Positions 35,192 to 48,073 of a stretch of DNA of 54,132 nt are shown in pieces. This DNA comes from Catajapyx aquilonaris (taxonomy: Eukaryota), in the NCBI GenBank assembly GCA_000934665.2, contig JYFJ02002611.1:1-54132 (forward strand), given 5' to 3'. The notes under the pieces are model-generated. The model did no database searches and was not told the DNA's origin. It saw only the letters and a list, made by a program, of their open reading frames with translations. The position numbers were made by a program, and so were the translations under genes. Numbering within the stretch: position 1 is the first letter of the stretch; every line of letters starts with the position of its first letter.

Positions 35192-37106
35192 ATGGATTCA
35201 GCTGGATTGTACCATTGCATCTTGCTCGTCATCTCATCAGTTTCTGTAGAATGTAAGTCAACTTCCCTGTGTCACACGCATATATTCCTGTTGTCCTAAT
35301 ACGTATCATAACCCTCAGCGGCAAGATGTCCCCAGAGTTGGATATCCCCACCAGACGAGCCTTACTGCTACCTGCTCCAGGAACAAGAGATGACATGGCA
35401 AAAAGCACGTGAATCATGCCAAAATCAGAGAGGAGACCTTCTGGTTATCAACTCAGAGAAAGAATTGGTGAGGAGACCCCTGCTGGTACATGCTCACATC
35501 CCAATTATTATTATGTATTCAATACACCGAAGTAAGTTGGTATGGTGGTTAAGGAGCCTGACTGCTAATCGGAAGGTCCTGGGTTCAAGTCCCAGGGCCG
35601 GCAATCCTAACAGTGGTTTTCTGTTGTTTTCCACGGTCCCCCCAGGATAATTCCGGGGTTGTTTCCATATAATAGGCTACAGCCGCCTCCTTCTTTCCCT
35701 ATCCTCAGCCCCATTCAATGGTGGTACTCCACCCCCCTAATGGACCTCCGATTCTCCCAATGGGGTATAAATAAATAAATAAAACAAATAAAATTATCTA
35801 TTCAATACAGGAGTGGATAGTTTCAAAAATTAGTCGCCATAACCAAGAAATCTTAAATATTGAAACAAGGTGGTGGGTTGGGTTGAGAGCAACTGAAGAA
35901 TCCTCCACTATTGGAAGCTACCAATGGAAGTGGGTGGATGGCACTGATTATGACATGTGAGTAAGTACATATGAACCTTCTCCAACACATTTTAAATACA
36001 AACCTCTGTCATTTCAGGCCATGGGCCAGTGGTCATCCATACAAAGGAATCTACAGTGAAGACTGCGTGGTGTCTCGTAGGACAATGATCTATCACATAT
36101 TTATTGATAAAGATTGTACAAAAAGGTACAATTTTGTTTGCGAGAGAGGTACAGTGTAAATTGATTTTCCTTTACAAGATGCAGTACGATCAAATCAGTC
36201 AGGTGCAGGTGATGCATTGCAGAGAAGGAAACCACAAGCGGACTTGGATGTCCAAACTTCTGGCTTTCGAGACGTGGTTCTTCCAGCTGTTATCTGTTGG
36301 CTTCAAGACTGGAGAAGTCGTGGCAGGATGCTCACGAATTTTGCAAAGCAAATGGTGGATATTTAATATCAATCAACTCACTGGAAGAAATGGTATTGTC
36401 TCACTGCTTTCTTGTAGACTCATGGGGAAACAAAGTCTACCAAGTCTGCTCGTTTTCAGGCATGGTTGAGAGCTGTTACGATAACCCCCACAACTAAATT
36501 TAAAGTTTACTGGATTGGTCTGTCAGACATTGACCGGGATGGAATCTGGGAGTGGACGGATGGACGCACTGTTCCAACCAACTCAACATTCCTGCAAGTA
36601 TTCGCATATCAAAATTCATTTTTAATAACCAGCGGAAAAAACAATTTCCAAATGTCCATGACTGCAGAAAATGGCCCGAAGGATATCCTCGAAGGAGGCA
36701 AGGCTTGTACCACTTTGGGTTGTTGAGTTCCATTGATGGGAGTGGTCTGAGGAGCGAATCGGAACACTCATATTTTTCATCAGTGTGTGAGCAACGTGGA
36801 AGTAAGTTGTTGGTTTACTATTTATCAGTTGAAAAAAAGATGTACTCCTTCAATGAAATTGCTTTTTTGTCAGTTGAGTACGTGGTGAGCTGTGAGGCTC
36901 CTCCTTTGTCTGAGAACCAAGAGGTGAGATGCTACAAACCAAGTGGGACAGAAGTGCAATGCCGTGACGTGCTGCATGTGGAGGGCACCATGGCCATGTA
37001 CCAGTGCAAGCCTCCTTACCAGAGCACCACTGGCTTCCCGCATGCTTACTCCATGTGCGAGCCCAATCAGAACTGGCCTGCTATTCCAGGATTCCAGTGC
37101 CGATGA
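35192..37106 (+). CDS. Lectin B1: signal peptide + 2 CTLD + six-Cys module, 8 exons, intact
   Basis: MDSAGLYHCILLVISSVS..CPQSWISPPDEPYCY..WWVGL..WKWVDG..DCV..DKDC..FVCE; CTLD2 YWIGLSD..WEWTDG; last exon SCEAPPLSENQEVRC..FQCR*. Needs a GC donor at intron 6. Confidence 0.85.
35530..35783 (+). mobile_element. tRNA(Ser)-like SINE (family 1) with (TAAA)n tail, in B1 intron 2
   Basis: TGG..TGGTTAAGG A-box region, GACTGCTAATC anticodon-arm-like sequence, B-box GGTTCAAGTCC; body shared with 1112-1516. Confidence 0.8.
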
Positions 37107-37347
37107 CTCCTGACACCTGGATAGGAATCTACATGAAATGACAGGGAATTCTACTCACTCTGTCAACATTATCAGCATTATATTTTATTCCTACACTAAT
37201 TACATTATAAGTAGAGTACAATTCAATAAATGATGGTGGTTATTTCTTGGCTGTTTACCTGGATATCAATTTTGTCATTTTACTTGTACATGACCTGTTG
37301 AGTATTTACATATAGGCGATGATTGTACAAAATGTCCTCAACCAGGA

Positions 37348-39385
37348 TTATTCGATATGAAGGACACACTGGAAGGCAGGTAGTGGAGGCCAGTTCTGAT
37401 CCTGGTCGCAGACTGAATAGGCCATAGGAAGGCCAGTGGTGCTCTGGAAGGGTTCCCTGCACCTGTACACGGCCATGGTACCCTCCGAGTGCCGCACATC
37501 GTGGCACTGAACCTCCCTTCCACTCGGGGCATGGCAACTCATCTCCATCTCTTCCATCGGAGGTGGAGGGGCCTCACAAGCTATCCTGTAAGGGACTGAA
37601 ACAAGTGCACGTTGGTGATGCCTTTCTTTGTAAAGCTGTACATCAACCACACACCTCCTGTTATTTCACACACAGAATACTGCCCGGCACTATGTGGGAA
37701 GGTGATAAGACCACTAAACTGTGATGCATACAATGCAAAGTGTAAAGGAGCTTCTTCTCGTACCTTCGGGTAACCTTCATACCATTCACTGCAACATATA
37801 AATGATTAATGTGGCCAATCACACATAAATAAGTGCAGGGGAGGGCCACATTATTACAAGATTCTTGGATCATGACTAGTTCCATCAGTCCACTCCCACT
37901 CTTTGGTCAGGTTGTTCTTGGAGAGGCCAACCCAATAAATGAAAATCCTGTAATATTCCATTGCCTCTCTCAGCCACTCCTGCAAGTAAATGTGTGAACT
38001 TTGTTATCGAGTCCTTGGAAGTCTAATTATATTACCTTTTCTTCCTGTGAATTGACCGACACTAAATCTCCTCCGCTGGCTTTGCATTCATCCCTAGCTT
38101 CAAACCACGTTGTCTTTAAGGTATTGATGTAGTAACAGCTTGTGAAACCTTCTCTATCCAGCCAATACTCAGGACACACGTCGTGTCCTCCTTCTGCAAA
38201 TTATCAGGTGTTGGATAATGAAATCCCCCATATAGAGCATGGTACTAATAAGCAAGACATTCAGAGCACAAAATAATAACCCCTAATCTAAATTAGATGG
38301 GTAATGAATAAGTTTTTTGATATGTATTGTTTATTTAGCTTTACCCCATTAGAGGGAAGAGAACCCTTTTAGGGGGGTGGAATACCGCCATTTTTATTAC
38401 GAAATTTCTTCGCATTTTTTTCTCTCCGGTGCAGGGGTCAGGATAGGGATTTGTAAGGATGAGATACGGGTGGAAGTGTGCAGCATCAAGTGCGATGTCC
38501 ACCAAACTGCTTCAGTGGGTATAAATAAGTTTAAAGAGTCACCTTTTTCTTTTTCGCATGCAGAGACCCACGTGAGAATACCATCAAAATTGAAAGCCCA
38601 AGTTAAGTTGCCACTATTTATCGCCAAACCACAATCGTCGTTACTTGGTGAGTAAATTTCATCTGAAGGTTCGCCATTAGCCCATTTCCTGAAATAATTA
38701 TTAACGACACCCCTTATTGGGAATACAGCTTTAGGTTGTCTGTGGATACATACAGAGATGGAGAGCTTTGAAATTCCCTCCCGTCTATCCATTTCCAGGT
38801 GAATCCTCCAACACCAGGTGATGTCTCTTCGTACACTGCTCTCAGTCCAATGAACCAGGCCACTTGACGTCGGTAGTAGGAGGGATACAACTTTGAAGCT
38901 ATCCAATCCTGCTCAGTGGATTCTGTTAGTACGTCCATTGTTGCGAGCATTTTTGTATAGTAAGAGATTGTTACCCATTCCTTATCAGAGTTCACCACCA
39001 GCAGATCACCGCCCTTCTCTTGGCACAAGTCGCGAGAATCCTGCCAAGTATGGAACTCATTCTGGAGCAAGTAGCAAGAGGTTTCGTCTGGAGGGGATAT
39101 CCAGTCTGCAGGACATCGTGCAGCCAAGGCACCTGCAAGCAATTCTGCTGGTGAACGGACTGGTTGTAAAACTTTCCGTCTAAAACATCAGTGATAATAA
39201 CATTCTCTTTATAGGCGTGGACAACACTGAACTTTCACATTGATAATTGAGATGTCGTTAATTATTCTCTATTTGCATCTTAGGAGATAACTATCATTGA
39301 CTGATATCCAAGTGACGATCACAGCAGACAAAATGAATTAGACCTTACCATGCACCAGAAGGATGAGTGCAAAGGAGTAGTACAT
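37348..39385 (-). CDS. Lectin A2, intact reading frame
   Basis: Eight exons homologous to A1 splice in frame; GEPSD motif; one inner CTLD1 Cys replaced by Gly; ends FQCVLHIE*. Confidence 0.82.
38330..38480 (-). mobile_element. 3' fragment of SINE family 1
   Basis: Reverse complement of ~1370-1516 (e.g. CGAAATTTCTTCGCATTTTTTCTCTCCGGTGCAGGGGTCAGGATAGG). Confidence 0.75.
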
Positions 39386-39565
39386 ATATGGTCTTTCTGG
39401 TAACGAGCATGAGCCAAGACTGTGGTTGAATGCTGTCATTTGTTATCAGGTATGCAGGATGTGCGCGGCAGGAAATATCCTACTGTGTGGACGACTCGCA
39501 GTGGAAAAGTGATTTTTAAGTAGGCTGCAGCCTACGTGTTACCGGTCTGATACCCTCTCACAAGA

Positions 39566-41239
39566 ATGGATTCATCTGAATTGTACCATTGCATTTTGCT
39601 CGTCATTTTCTCAATATCTGCAGACAGTAAGTTGTTTGAAATAAGTGTTGTCTTTCAATGGCTGTTGACCTCCCCCACACTTTGCCATTCACATTGGTGA
39701 TTGATAAATTGCCTATTAACCTAGTGCATCACAACTCTCAGCTGCAAGATGTCCCCAGAGTTGGATATCTCCTCCGGATGAGCCTTACTGCTACCTGCTG
39801 GAGGAGCGAGAACTGACATGGCAAGAAGCACGTGAATCGTGCCAAATGCAAGGAGGAGATCTTCTGGTTGTCGACTCGGAGAAAGAATTGGTGAAGGGAC
39901 GCTCCTGTGTTGTTTCTCCTGCATACATGCTCACATGATAATCATCTCCTAAATTCAGGAATGGATATCTACAGCAATCAGTCGCAATGTCCGACGAATT
40001 TGGTATGTCACAAGGTGGTGGGTTGGGTTGAGAGCCACTGAAGAATCCTCCAACAACGGAAGCTACCAATGGAAATGGGTGGATGGCACTGATTATGACA
40101 TGTACTCATCACTGATGTACGGAAGTAGTGAATCTTCCCCAATACTTTTAAACACAAACCTGCGTCATTTCAGACCATGGGCCAGTGGTCATCCACGTAA
40201 AGACTCCTACAGCAAGGACTGCGTGGCATCTGGTAGCACGATAATCTCCGAGTTTTTCCTTCAAGATTGTACAGAAAGGTACCATTTTGTTTGTGAGAGA
40301 GGTACAGTGTAACTTGATTTTCCTTTGCAAAATGGCAGTGAGGTCAAATAAATCAGGTTCATATAATGCATTGCAGAGAAAGAAACCAGAAGTAGACGTG
40401 GATGTCCAAACTTCTGGATTTCGAGACGCGGTTCTTCCAGCTGCTACCTAGTGGCTAGGAGAATGTACATATCGTGGCATGATGCTCACGAATTTTGCAA
40501 GGAAAAGGGCGGATATTTAATATCAATCAACACACTGGAAGAAGTGGTATTGTCTCAGAGCTCACTTCATATTATTGTAAGCGAAACAAGAAGGGACCAA
40601 GTCTGCTTCTTTCCAGGCATGGTTGAAACGTGAAAGACCTATCGAAACCAACAGCAATATGTATTATTGGATTGGTCTGTCAGACATTGACCGGGATGGA
40701 ATATGGGAGTGGACAGATGGACGCACTGTTCCAACTAACTCCATATCACTGCAAGTAAAACAAAACCCAATATTAATAAACAGTAAAACACAATTTGCAA
40801 ATCTCTCCGACTGTAGAAAATGGCCTGAACGATTTCGTGCCAATAGGCATAACTTTGCGTACTGGACATATGGTGAAGATGAAAGTGATCTGAGGAGCGG
40901 ACCAGAACACTTATCTCATGGATCGGTGTGTGAAAGACGTGGAAGTAAGTTGCTGGTTAACTTTCTCTAAAAACCAGGCCTTTAATAATTCCACTTTCTT
41001 TGTCAGTTGAGTACGTGGTCACCTGTGAGGCTCCTCCATTGTCCGAGAACCAAGAAGTGAGATGCTACAAACCGAGTGGGACAGAAGTGCAATGCAGTGA
41101 TGTGCTGCACGTGGAGGGTACCCTGGCCATGTACCAGTGCAAGCCTCCTTACCAGAGCACCACTGGCTTCCCGCATGCTTACTCCATCTGTGAGCCCAAT
41201 CAGAACTGGCCTGCTATTCCAGGATTCCAGTGCCGATGA
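39566..41239 (+). CDS. Lectin B2, intact
   Basis: MDSSELYHCILLVIFSISAD..; eight exons homologous to B1, all in frame; ends FQCR*. Confidence 0.83.
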
Positions 41240-41399
41240 CTCCTGAAACCTGGATAGGAATCTACATGAAATGACAGGTAATTCTACTCACTCTGTCAAC
41301 AATATTTATTCATACACTGTACAGTACACGTAGAGTACAATGCAATAAATGCTAGTTTTTTTCTTGGCTCTTTTCCTGGAGGTTTTTCGTTTTACTTTT

Positions 41400-41740
41400 A
41401 CATGACACGAGGATTTTGCAAAATAATAATAACAGCTACTGTGTATTTATCTATTCAGGAAAAACACTATGAATGTGGTTGGAACCGTTTTCCTCCTCGA
41501 GAAGTCCCGAAATAAATTTTTCATAAACAGATTGTTGTAAAAGCTTCGGCCAACAGTTAGGCAATCGCCTAGATTTTCGTCTACTCGTACTCTGATGATA
41601 AAGAGAAGATATTTTACAAATAATAATAACCGATATCCTTACAGGCTCATGCTCTTCACTACTGTAGGAATGTGGTGAGAATAATAAATTTTCCTCGTAA
41701 AATTATTTTACAAATATATTGCTGTAAAAACGCAACATTC
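41400..41740. repeat. AT-rich dispersed repeat with internal inverted segments
   Basis: Shares TTTTGCAAA.AATAA..ACAGCTA..ATCTATTCAGG..AAACACTA.GAAT and GCCTAGATTTTCG..TACTCTGA.GATAA with 46190-46570; lies at the 5' breakpoint of the B3 fragment. Confidence 0.55.
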
Positions 41741-41763
41741 CAGCAGTATCTGCTCGTTTCCAG

Positions 41764-42400
41764 GCATGGCTGAAAGGTGTTATTACGATAACCCCCACAA
41801 CTAAAGTTTACTAGATTGGTCTGTCGGACATTGACCGGGATGGAACCTGGGAATAGACAGATGGACGCACTGTTCCAACCAACTCAACATTCCTGCAAGT
41901 ATTCGCATATCAAAATTCATTTTTAATAACCAGTGGAAATTTGCAAATGTCCATGACTGCAGAAAATGGCCCGAAGGATATCCTCGAAGGAGGCAAGGCT
42001 TGTACCACTTTGGGTTGTTGAGTTCCATTGATGGGAGTGGTCTGAAGAGCGAATCGGAACACTCATATTTTGCATCAGTGTGTGAGCAACGTGGAAGTAA
42101 GTTGTTGGTTTACTATTTATCAGTTGAAAAAAACATGTACTCCTTCAATGAAATTGCTTTTTTGTCAGTTGAGTACGTGGCGAGCTGTGAGGCTCCTCCT
42201 TTGTCGGAGAACCAAGAGGTGAGATGCTACAAACCAAGTGGGAGAGAAGTGCTATGCCGTGACGTGCTGCACATGGAGGGCACCATGGCCATGTACCAGT
42301 GCAAGCCTCCTTCCCTGGCACCACTGGCTTCCCTTATGCTTACTCCATGTGCGAGCCCAATCAGAACTGGCCTGCTATTCCAGGATTCCAGTGCCGATGA
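41764..42400 (+). pseudogene. Lectin B3: 3' fragment (exons 6-8) copied from B1
   Basis: Nearly identical to 36460-37106 including introns; TGG>TAG at 41812 and 41854, 1-bp frameshift near 42312; no upstream exons. Confidence 0.88.
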
Positions 42401-42646
42401 CTGCTAAAACCTGGATAGGAATCTACATGAAATGACAGGGAATTCTACTCACTCTGTCAACATTATCAGCATTATTTATTCCTACACTACATTATGAGGA
42501 GAATAGGATACAATTCAATAAATGATGGTTGTTATTTCTTGGCTGTTTACCTGGATATCAATTTTGCCATTTTACTTGTACATGACCTGATGTTGATTAT
42601 TATTTTACATATAGGCGATGATTGTACAAAATGTCCTCAACCAGGC

Positions 42647-44826
42647 TTATTCGATATGAAGGACACACTGGAAGGCAGGTAGTGGAGGCCAGTTCTGATC
42701 CTGGTCGCAGACTGAATAGGCCAGAGGAATGCCAGTGGTGCTCTGGAAGGGTTCCCTGCACCTGTACACGGCCATGGTACCCTCCGAGTGCAGCACATCA
42801 TGGCACTGCACCTCCCTTCCACTCGGGGCATGGCAACTTATCTCCATCTCTTCCAAAGGAGGAGGAGGAGGGGCCTCACAGGCTATCCTGTAAGGAACTG
42901 TGGAGACAAGTGCACGTTGGTGATGACTTCATTGTAAACCACTACATCATCAACACACCTCCGGGTATTTCACACTCAGAATACTGTGCGGCGTAATGTG
43001 GAGAGGTGAAAAGAGCATGAATGGTTGGTGCGTACGTCGCAAAGTGTAAATCAGCTACTTCTCGTACATCCGGGAAACCTTTGTCCCATTCACTGCAACA
43101 GAAATCATTAGTGTTGCCAATAATCGTGTGCCATGATGAACTGGCAGTTTGTTACAAGATGCTCGAGTGGTGACTGGTTCCATCAGTCCATTTCCACTCT
43201 TCTCTTGGGTGGTTTTTGAAGAGGCCGATCCAAAAAACTGCAATGTCGTAATATCCCATGGCCTCTATCAGCCATTCCTGAAAGTGAATGTATGGCCATT
43301 GCCAGCAAGTGCAGTCTTTTCTTGGAAGTCTTGATTTAACATTGATTACCTTCTCTTCGTTTGAATTGACCGACACCAAAATAATCCCCTCCACTTGCTT
43401 TGCATTTCTCTCTGGCTTCAATCCACGTTGTCGTGAAGGTGTTCACGTAGTAACAGCTTGTGGAACCTTCTCTCTCCAGCCAGTAATACTCAGGACATTC
43501 GTCTTGTCCTCCATCTGCAAAACAAAATGTTCTAGTATAGGAGGAGATGCCTAATAATTATAATCTCCTAAAGGATAGTCCTTATGTCCTAATAGGCGAG
43601 GCATACATGGGCACAAATTACTCCTAATCTAAATTAATATGGTGTGAATTGTATTTTAAAATGTCACCTTTTCCTTTTTCGCATACAGAGGACCAATGAG
43701 GCAGAAGGCATTAATAATTGATAGTCCCAGTGAAGTTGCTATTAAATATTCCCAATAATGCCAAACCACAGAAATCGTCGTTAATTGGTGGGTAAATTTC
43801 GTCTGAAGGTTCGCCATTAGCCCACTTCATGTTAATCAGTGTTGGGTAGGCTACTGCATGGGACAAAAGATGCCGATAAAATGAATCACCTTGTTCACTA
43901 TACTGACTATAGTATTTCATGGTACCGGACTTTGAATTTTTGTTTCTAACTTGTCAAATAATACCTTTTTTCATATTTACCTGTAAAAACCGTGTTAAAA
44001 GTTTTCGAAGTTTGTGAATACATACAGTGAGTCAGAGCTTTGAAAATCCCTTCCGTCTATCCGTTTCCAGGTGTATCCTCCAACACCAGGTGATGTCTCT
44101 TCGTACATTGCTCTCAGTCCAATGTGGCAGTCCACTTGAAGTCCGTAGTAAGAGGGATACAACTTTGAAGATATCCAATCCTGCTCAGTGGGTTGTGTTA
44201 TTACACTATTGTGATCATGTGAAGTAAGAGACTGTTACCCATTCCTTATCCGAGTTCACCACCAGCAGATCACCTCCCTTGGCTCGGCACAAGTCGCGAG
44301 ATTCCTGCCAAGTATAGTCGTCATCCTGGAGCAAGTAGCAAGAGGTTTCGTCTGGAGGAGATATCCAGTCTGCAGGACATCGTGCAGTCAAGGCGCCTAC
44401 AAACAATACATATTTTTATTGTGGTCATGAACATAATATATGGTACTGGTTGTACACTCTTAGCCATTTACCTTCTCTAGAGAAGGTAAAAAAGAGGCCC
44501 TTTTTACCCTCTATTTTATAAGGTAATACATGCAAAAGTTACCTTCTAATCAAGTTACCCTTTAATAATTTACCCTCTAATGTAAAGTAAAAAATGCTTT
44601 CACTGATACCGGTTTTAACAGTATACTGTTAATCATCAGTGAAAGCATTTTCTTCGGACACGTGGACGTGGACAACACCGAACTTTCACGGGTGGCTGTC
44701 ATTGATTCTCGATCATTATATGGAGTTTACAGAGATATTGCTGACTGATGTCCAAATGATAATGACAGCAGACAAAGTGAGTTTGATCTTACCATGCGCC
44801 AGAAGGATGAGTGTAAAGTAGTACAT
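42647..44826 (-). pseudogene. Lectin A3, full length but disrupted
   Basis: Exon-4 acceptor AG lost (~43829), in-frame TAA at 43713-43711, 4-bp insertion in exon 5 (~43380); no head-to-head B partner. Confidence 0.8.
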
Positions 44827-45143
44827 AGGATGCTGCTGGTAACGAGCATTACCCACGACTGATTGTATGTCATCGTGCATTGTTATCTGATATACAGGAT
44901 GTGTGGCAGGAAATAGCTTACTCTGTGGACGACTCACAGTGGAAAAGTGTGATTTTTAAGTAAGCCGCAGCAACCTGGAAAGGAATAGACCCAAATCATA
45001 GCAACATTTTATTCCAACGTATAGTACACTGCAATAAATCCTAGTTGTTTCTTTGCTATTTTCCTGGATTTCAAGTTTTTATTTTTATTTAGAGGATACG
45101 AGGACTGTTTACTCTCGTGACAGTACAAATTATGTTGACGAGG

Positions 45144-47866
45144 TTATTCGATTGGAAGGACGCACTGGAAGCCAGGAAGTGGAGCCCAGTTCTGATTCTT
45201 GTCACAGACTGAATAGGCCAGAGGAATGCCAGTGGTGCTCTGGAAGGGTTCCCTGCACCTGTACACGGCCATGGTACCCTCCGAGTGCAGCACATCATGG
45301 CACTGCACCTCCCTTCCACTCGGGGCATGGCAACTCATCTCCTTCTCTTCCATCGGATGTGGAGGAGGGGCCTCGCATGCTATCCTGTAAGGAACTGTGG
45401 AGACAAGTGGACATTATGACGTATAATTAAATCTGTACATGATCAACACACCTCCTGTTATTTCACACACGGAAGGTAGTCTTGCGAAATGTGGCACTGT
45501 AATAAATACATGATGGGCTGGTATATATACACCAAAGTGTGCATGCCCTTCGAATGATTTTGGATAATTGTTCCCTTCTATCACCAAATCTTGAGCCCAT
45601 TCCCTGCAACAGATATGATTAATGTGGACAATCAGATATGAACTTCTGCAACAGAGGGGCAGATTGTTACAAGATGCTTGAGTCATGACTGGTTCCATCA
45701 GTCCATTCCCACTCTTTGGGTAGGTTGTTCTTGGAGAGGCCGATCCAATATTCGTTAGTGCTGTAATATCTCATTTCCTCTCTCAGCCACTCCTGAAGCG
45801 GAAAGTGTGGCTATTGTTAGCAAGGGCGAATATAATAAACTGTAGCCTACCATCAGTAATTGAAACGCTCGACCATAACATTGGAATTGGGTTCCTCCAA
45901 TTGACTTCGAGGGGCTTTAATTAAGCTTACCTTCTCTTCATGTGAATTGACCGACACCAAATCCCCTCCACTAGCTTTGCATCTCTCTCTGGCTTTAAAC
46001 CAAGTTGTCTGATGAGTGGTCTCCATGTAATAACAACTAGTGGAGCCTTCTCTGTTCAACCAATTCCCAGGACATGAGTCATGTCGTATCTCTGAAAAAT
46101 AGAAAATAATGTGCTTCTGATGAGCAACAGGACGATGCTTAACCCCTTCGCTCCCAGCTAGGCCTACAGATTTTGCCTTACGCGTGCTTTGAAGATATGG
46201 ACAAGATATTTTGCAAATAATAACAGCTATATTCATCTATTCAGGGTAAACACTACGAATACGCTTGGAACAATTTTCCTCAGCCTAGAAGTCCCTAAAT
46301 TAATTTCTAAAAAGAACGCCGCAAAGTACGTATATATATACAGTATATAGGTAGGCCACCAGCGCAGCGCCTAGATTTTCGCTTGCACTTACTCTGAAGA
46401 TAAGGACAAGATATTGTTATTCCGTATGTAGGCTATTTGATAATGAAATCAGCCTAACAGTTGGCTGGTAGTCTGAAATTTGGAGTTTTTACAGCGATAT
46501 TTTTGAAAATTAATTTAGGAACTTCTAGACAAGGAAGACTATTCTAACCACATTCCTATAGTGAAGAGCAAGAACGTGATTTATGTTCACTTGAGTGTGA
46601 ATGCCATTGAAATAGTTTAGGACATCGTATTCCTACTAAACAAGACGTTAATGGCACAAATGACAGCTAATCTAAATTACAATGTTACTAATACGTAAAT
46701 GGAAAAGTCACCTTTTCCTTTTTCACATACAGACGAGTAACCGACAGCACATATTGTATTTACAGCCACGATGTTGGCGCGATAAACCATCGCAAAACCA
46801 CAGTAAGAGGTGACATACATTCCTGAAGGTTGACCAACACCCCACTTCCTGGAACAATTCAAGTTAATTAGGGAGTGCTGGGTATACTGCATGGGACAAA
46901 AGGTGCATACCATTGCGGTATCTATTTTGTCTTTCATAGCACTTGTTGTATACGATACAGTACGCTATAAGGTGAAGTGGGGTAAGTGCATGCACGGGGT
47001 AAGTGCATACACGGGGCCGCCATATTGGAATGAAAATGGCTGACGACACCAACACGGGGGGGATGTTATGTGCAGCTACACAAAAGAGTGCCTGACGCGT
47101 TTTGGTGTCGTCAGCCATTTTCATTCCAATATGGCGGCCCCGTGTATGCACTTACCCCGTGTATGCACTTACCCCACTTCACCTTACATCGATTCCTAAA
47201 TCTTCAGAGATTTAGGAATCGATTTGTATTACGAGCAGGATCTGTCAGAATGATTCTATCATGTGTAGGAAGCATGGTGCACGATCTGATTTGGTGGCAC
47301 ACAATTGCAACCACCCAACAGCAAAAACAACGACACTGTCTTGTACGTCTTGTATGAACCCATAAGTTGTCTGTGGATACATACAGTGATGGAGAGCTTT
47401 CAAAGTCTCTTCCGTCTATCCATTTCCACTTGTATCCTCCGACACGTGGTGATGTCTCCTCGTACACTGCTCTCAGTCCAACGAACCAGCTCATTTCAAA
47501 CCCCAGGAGGGTGGGGTACAACTTTGAAACTATCCAATCCTGCTCAATGGAATTTGTTAGTACTTCCATTGCTGTGAGCATTTTTGTGGAATATGAAACC
47601 TACCCATTCCGAATCAGAGTTCACCACCAGCAGATCACCTCCCTTCTCTCGGCACAATTCGCGAGATTCCTGCCAAGTTTTGAAGTCGTCCTGGAGCAAG
47701 TAGCAAGAGGTTTCGTCTGGAGGAGACATCCAGTCTGCAGGACATTGGACAGCCAAGGCACCTGCAGGAAAGGTAGTTGAACATACTGATTAAAAATTTT
47801 CATATTGGCATAAGTATTTCCTTTGACCTTACCATGAGCCAGAAAGATGAGTGCAAAGTAGTACAT
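45144..47866 (-). CDS. Lectin A4, intact
   Basis: MYYFALIFLAHG..; eight exons in frame; GQPS motif in CTLD1; ends FQCVLPIE*. Confidence 0.82.
46190..46570. repeat. Second copy of the 41400-41740 repeat, in A4 intron 4
   Basis: Direct sequence similarity as described for 41400-41740. Confidence 0.55.
46970..47184. mobile_element. TA-flanked foldback MITE in A4 intron 3
   Basis: ~83-bp near-perfect TIRs AGGTGAAGTGGGGTAAGTGCAT... with an internal ~19-bp direct repeat; TA on both sides. Confidence 0.82.
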
Positions 47867-48073
47867 AGGGTGCTGCTGTTAATGTGCATTAGCCGGGACT
47901 TGTTGGTTGACGAGCAGTGATGCTATGAGACATTCAGGATGTGTGTGGTGGGGAATATTGTCTTTTCCTGATGTGGTCTCCCTATCGCTGTACAATATAC
48001 ATCCGGGCGCAGCATACGTGTCAGTGTGTCACTTACTCATATGTAGATTGCTCACAAGTAACTTTGGTATGCA

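Noticed and set aside
35530..35610. Possible tRNA genes (also ~1112-1150, 13975-14015, 28255-28331, 28551-28615)
   Set aside because: A/B boxes are present but the cloverleafs are incomplete and continue into repeat bodies with tails or TSDs; these are SINE heads or fragments.
46139..46160. TTAA-CCCCTT piggyBac-like terminus
   Set aside because: No matching opposite terminus with TTAA could be identified.
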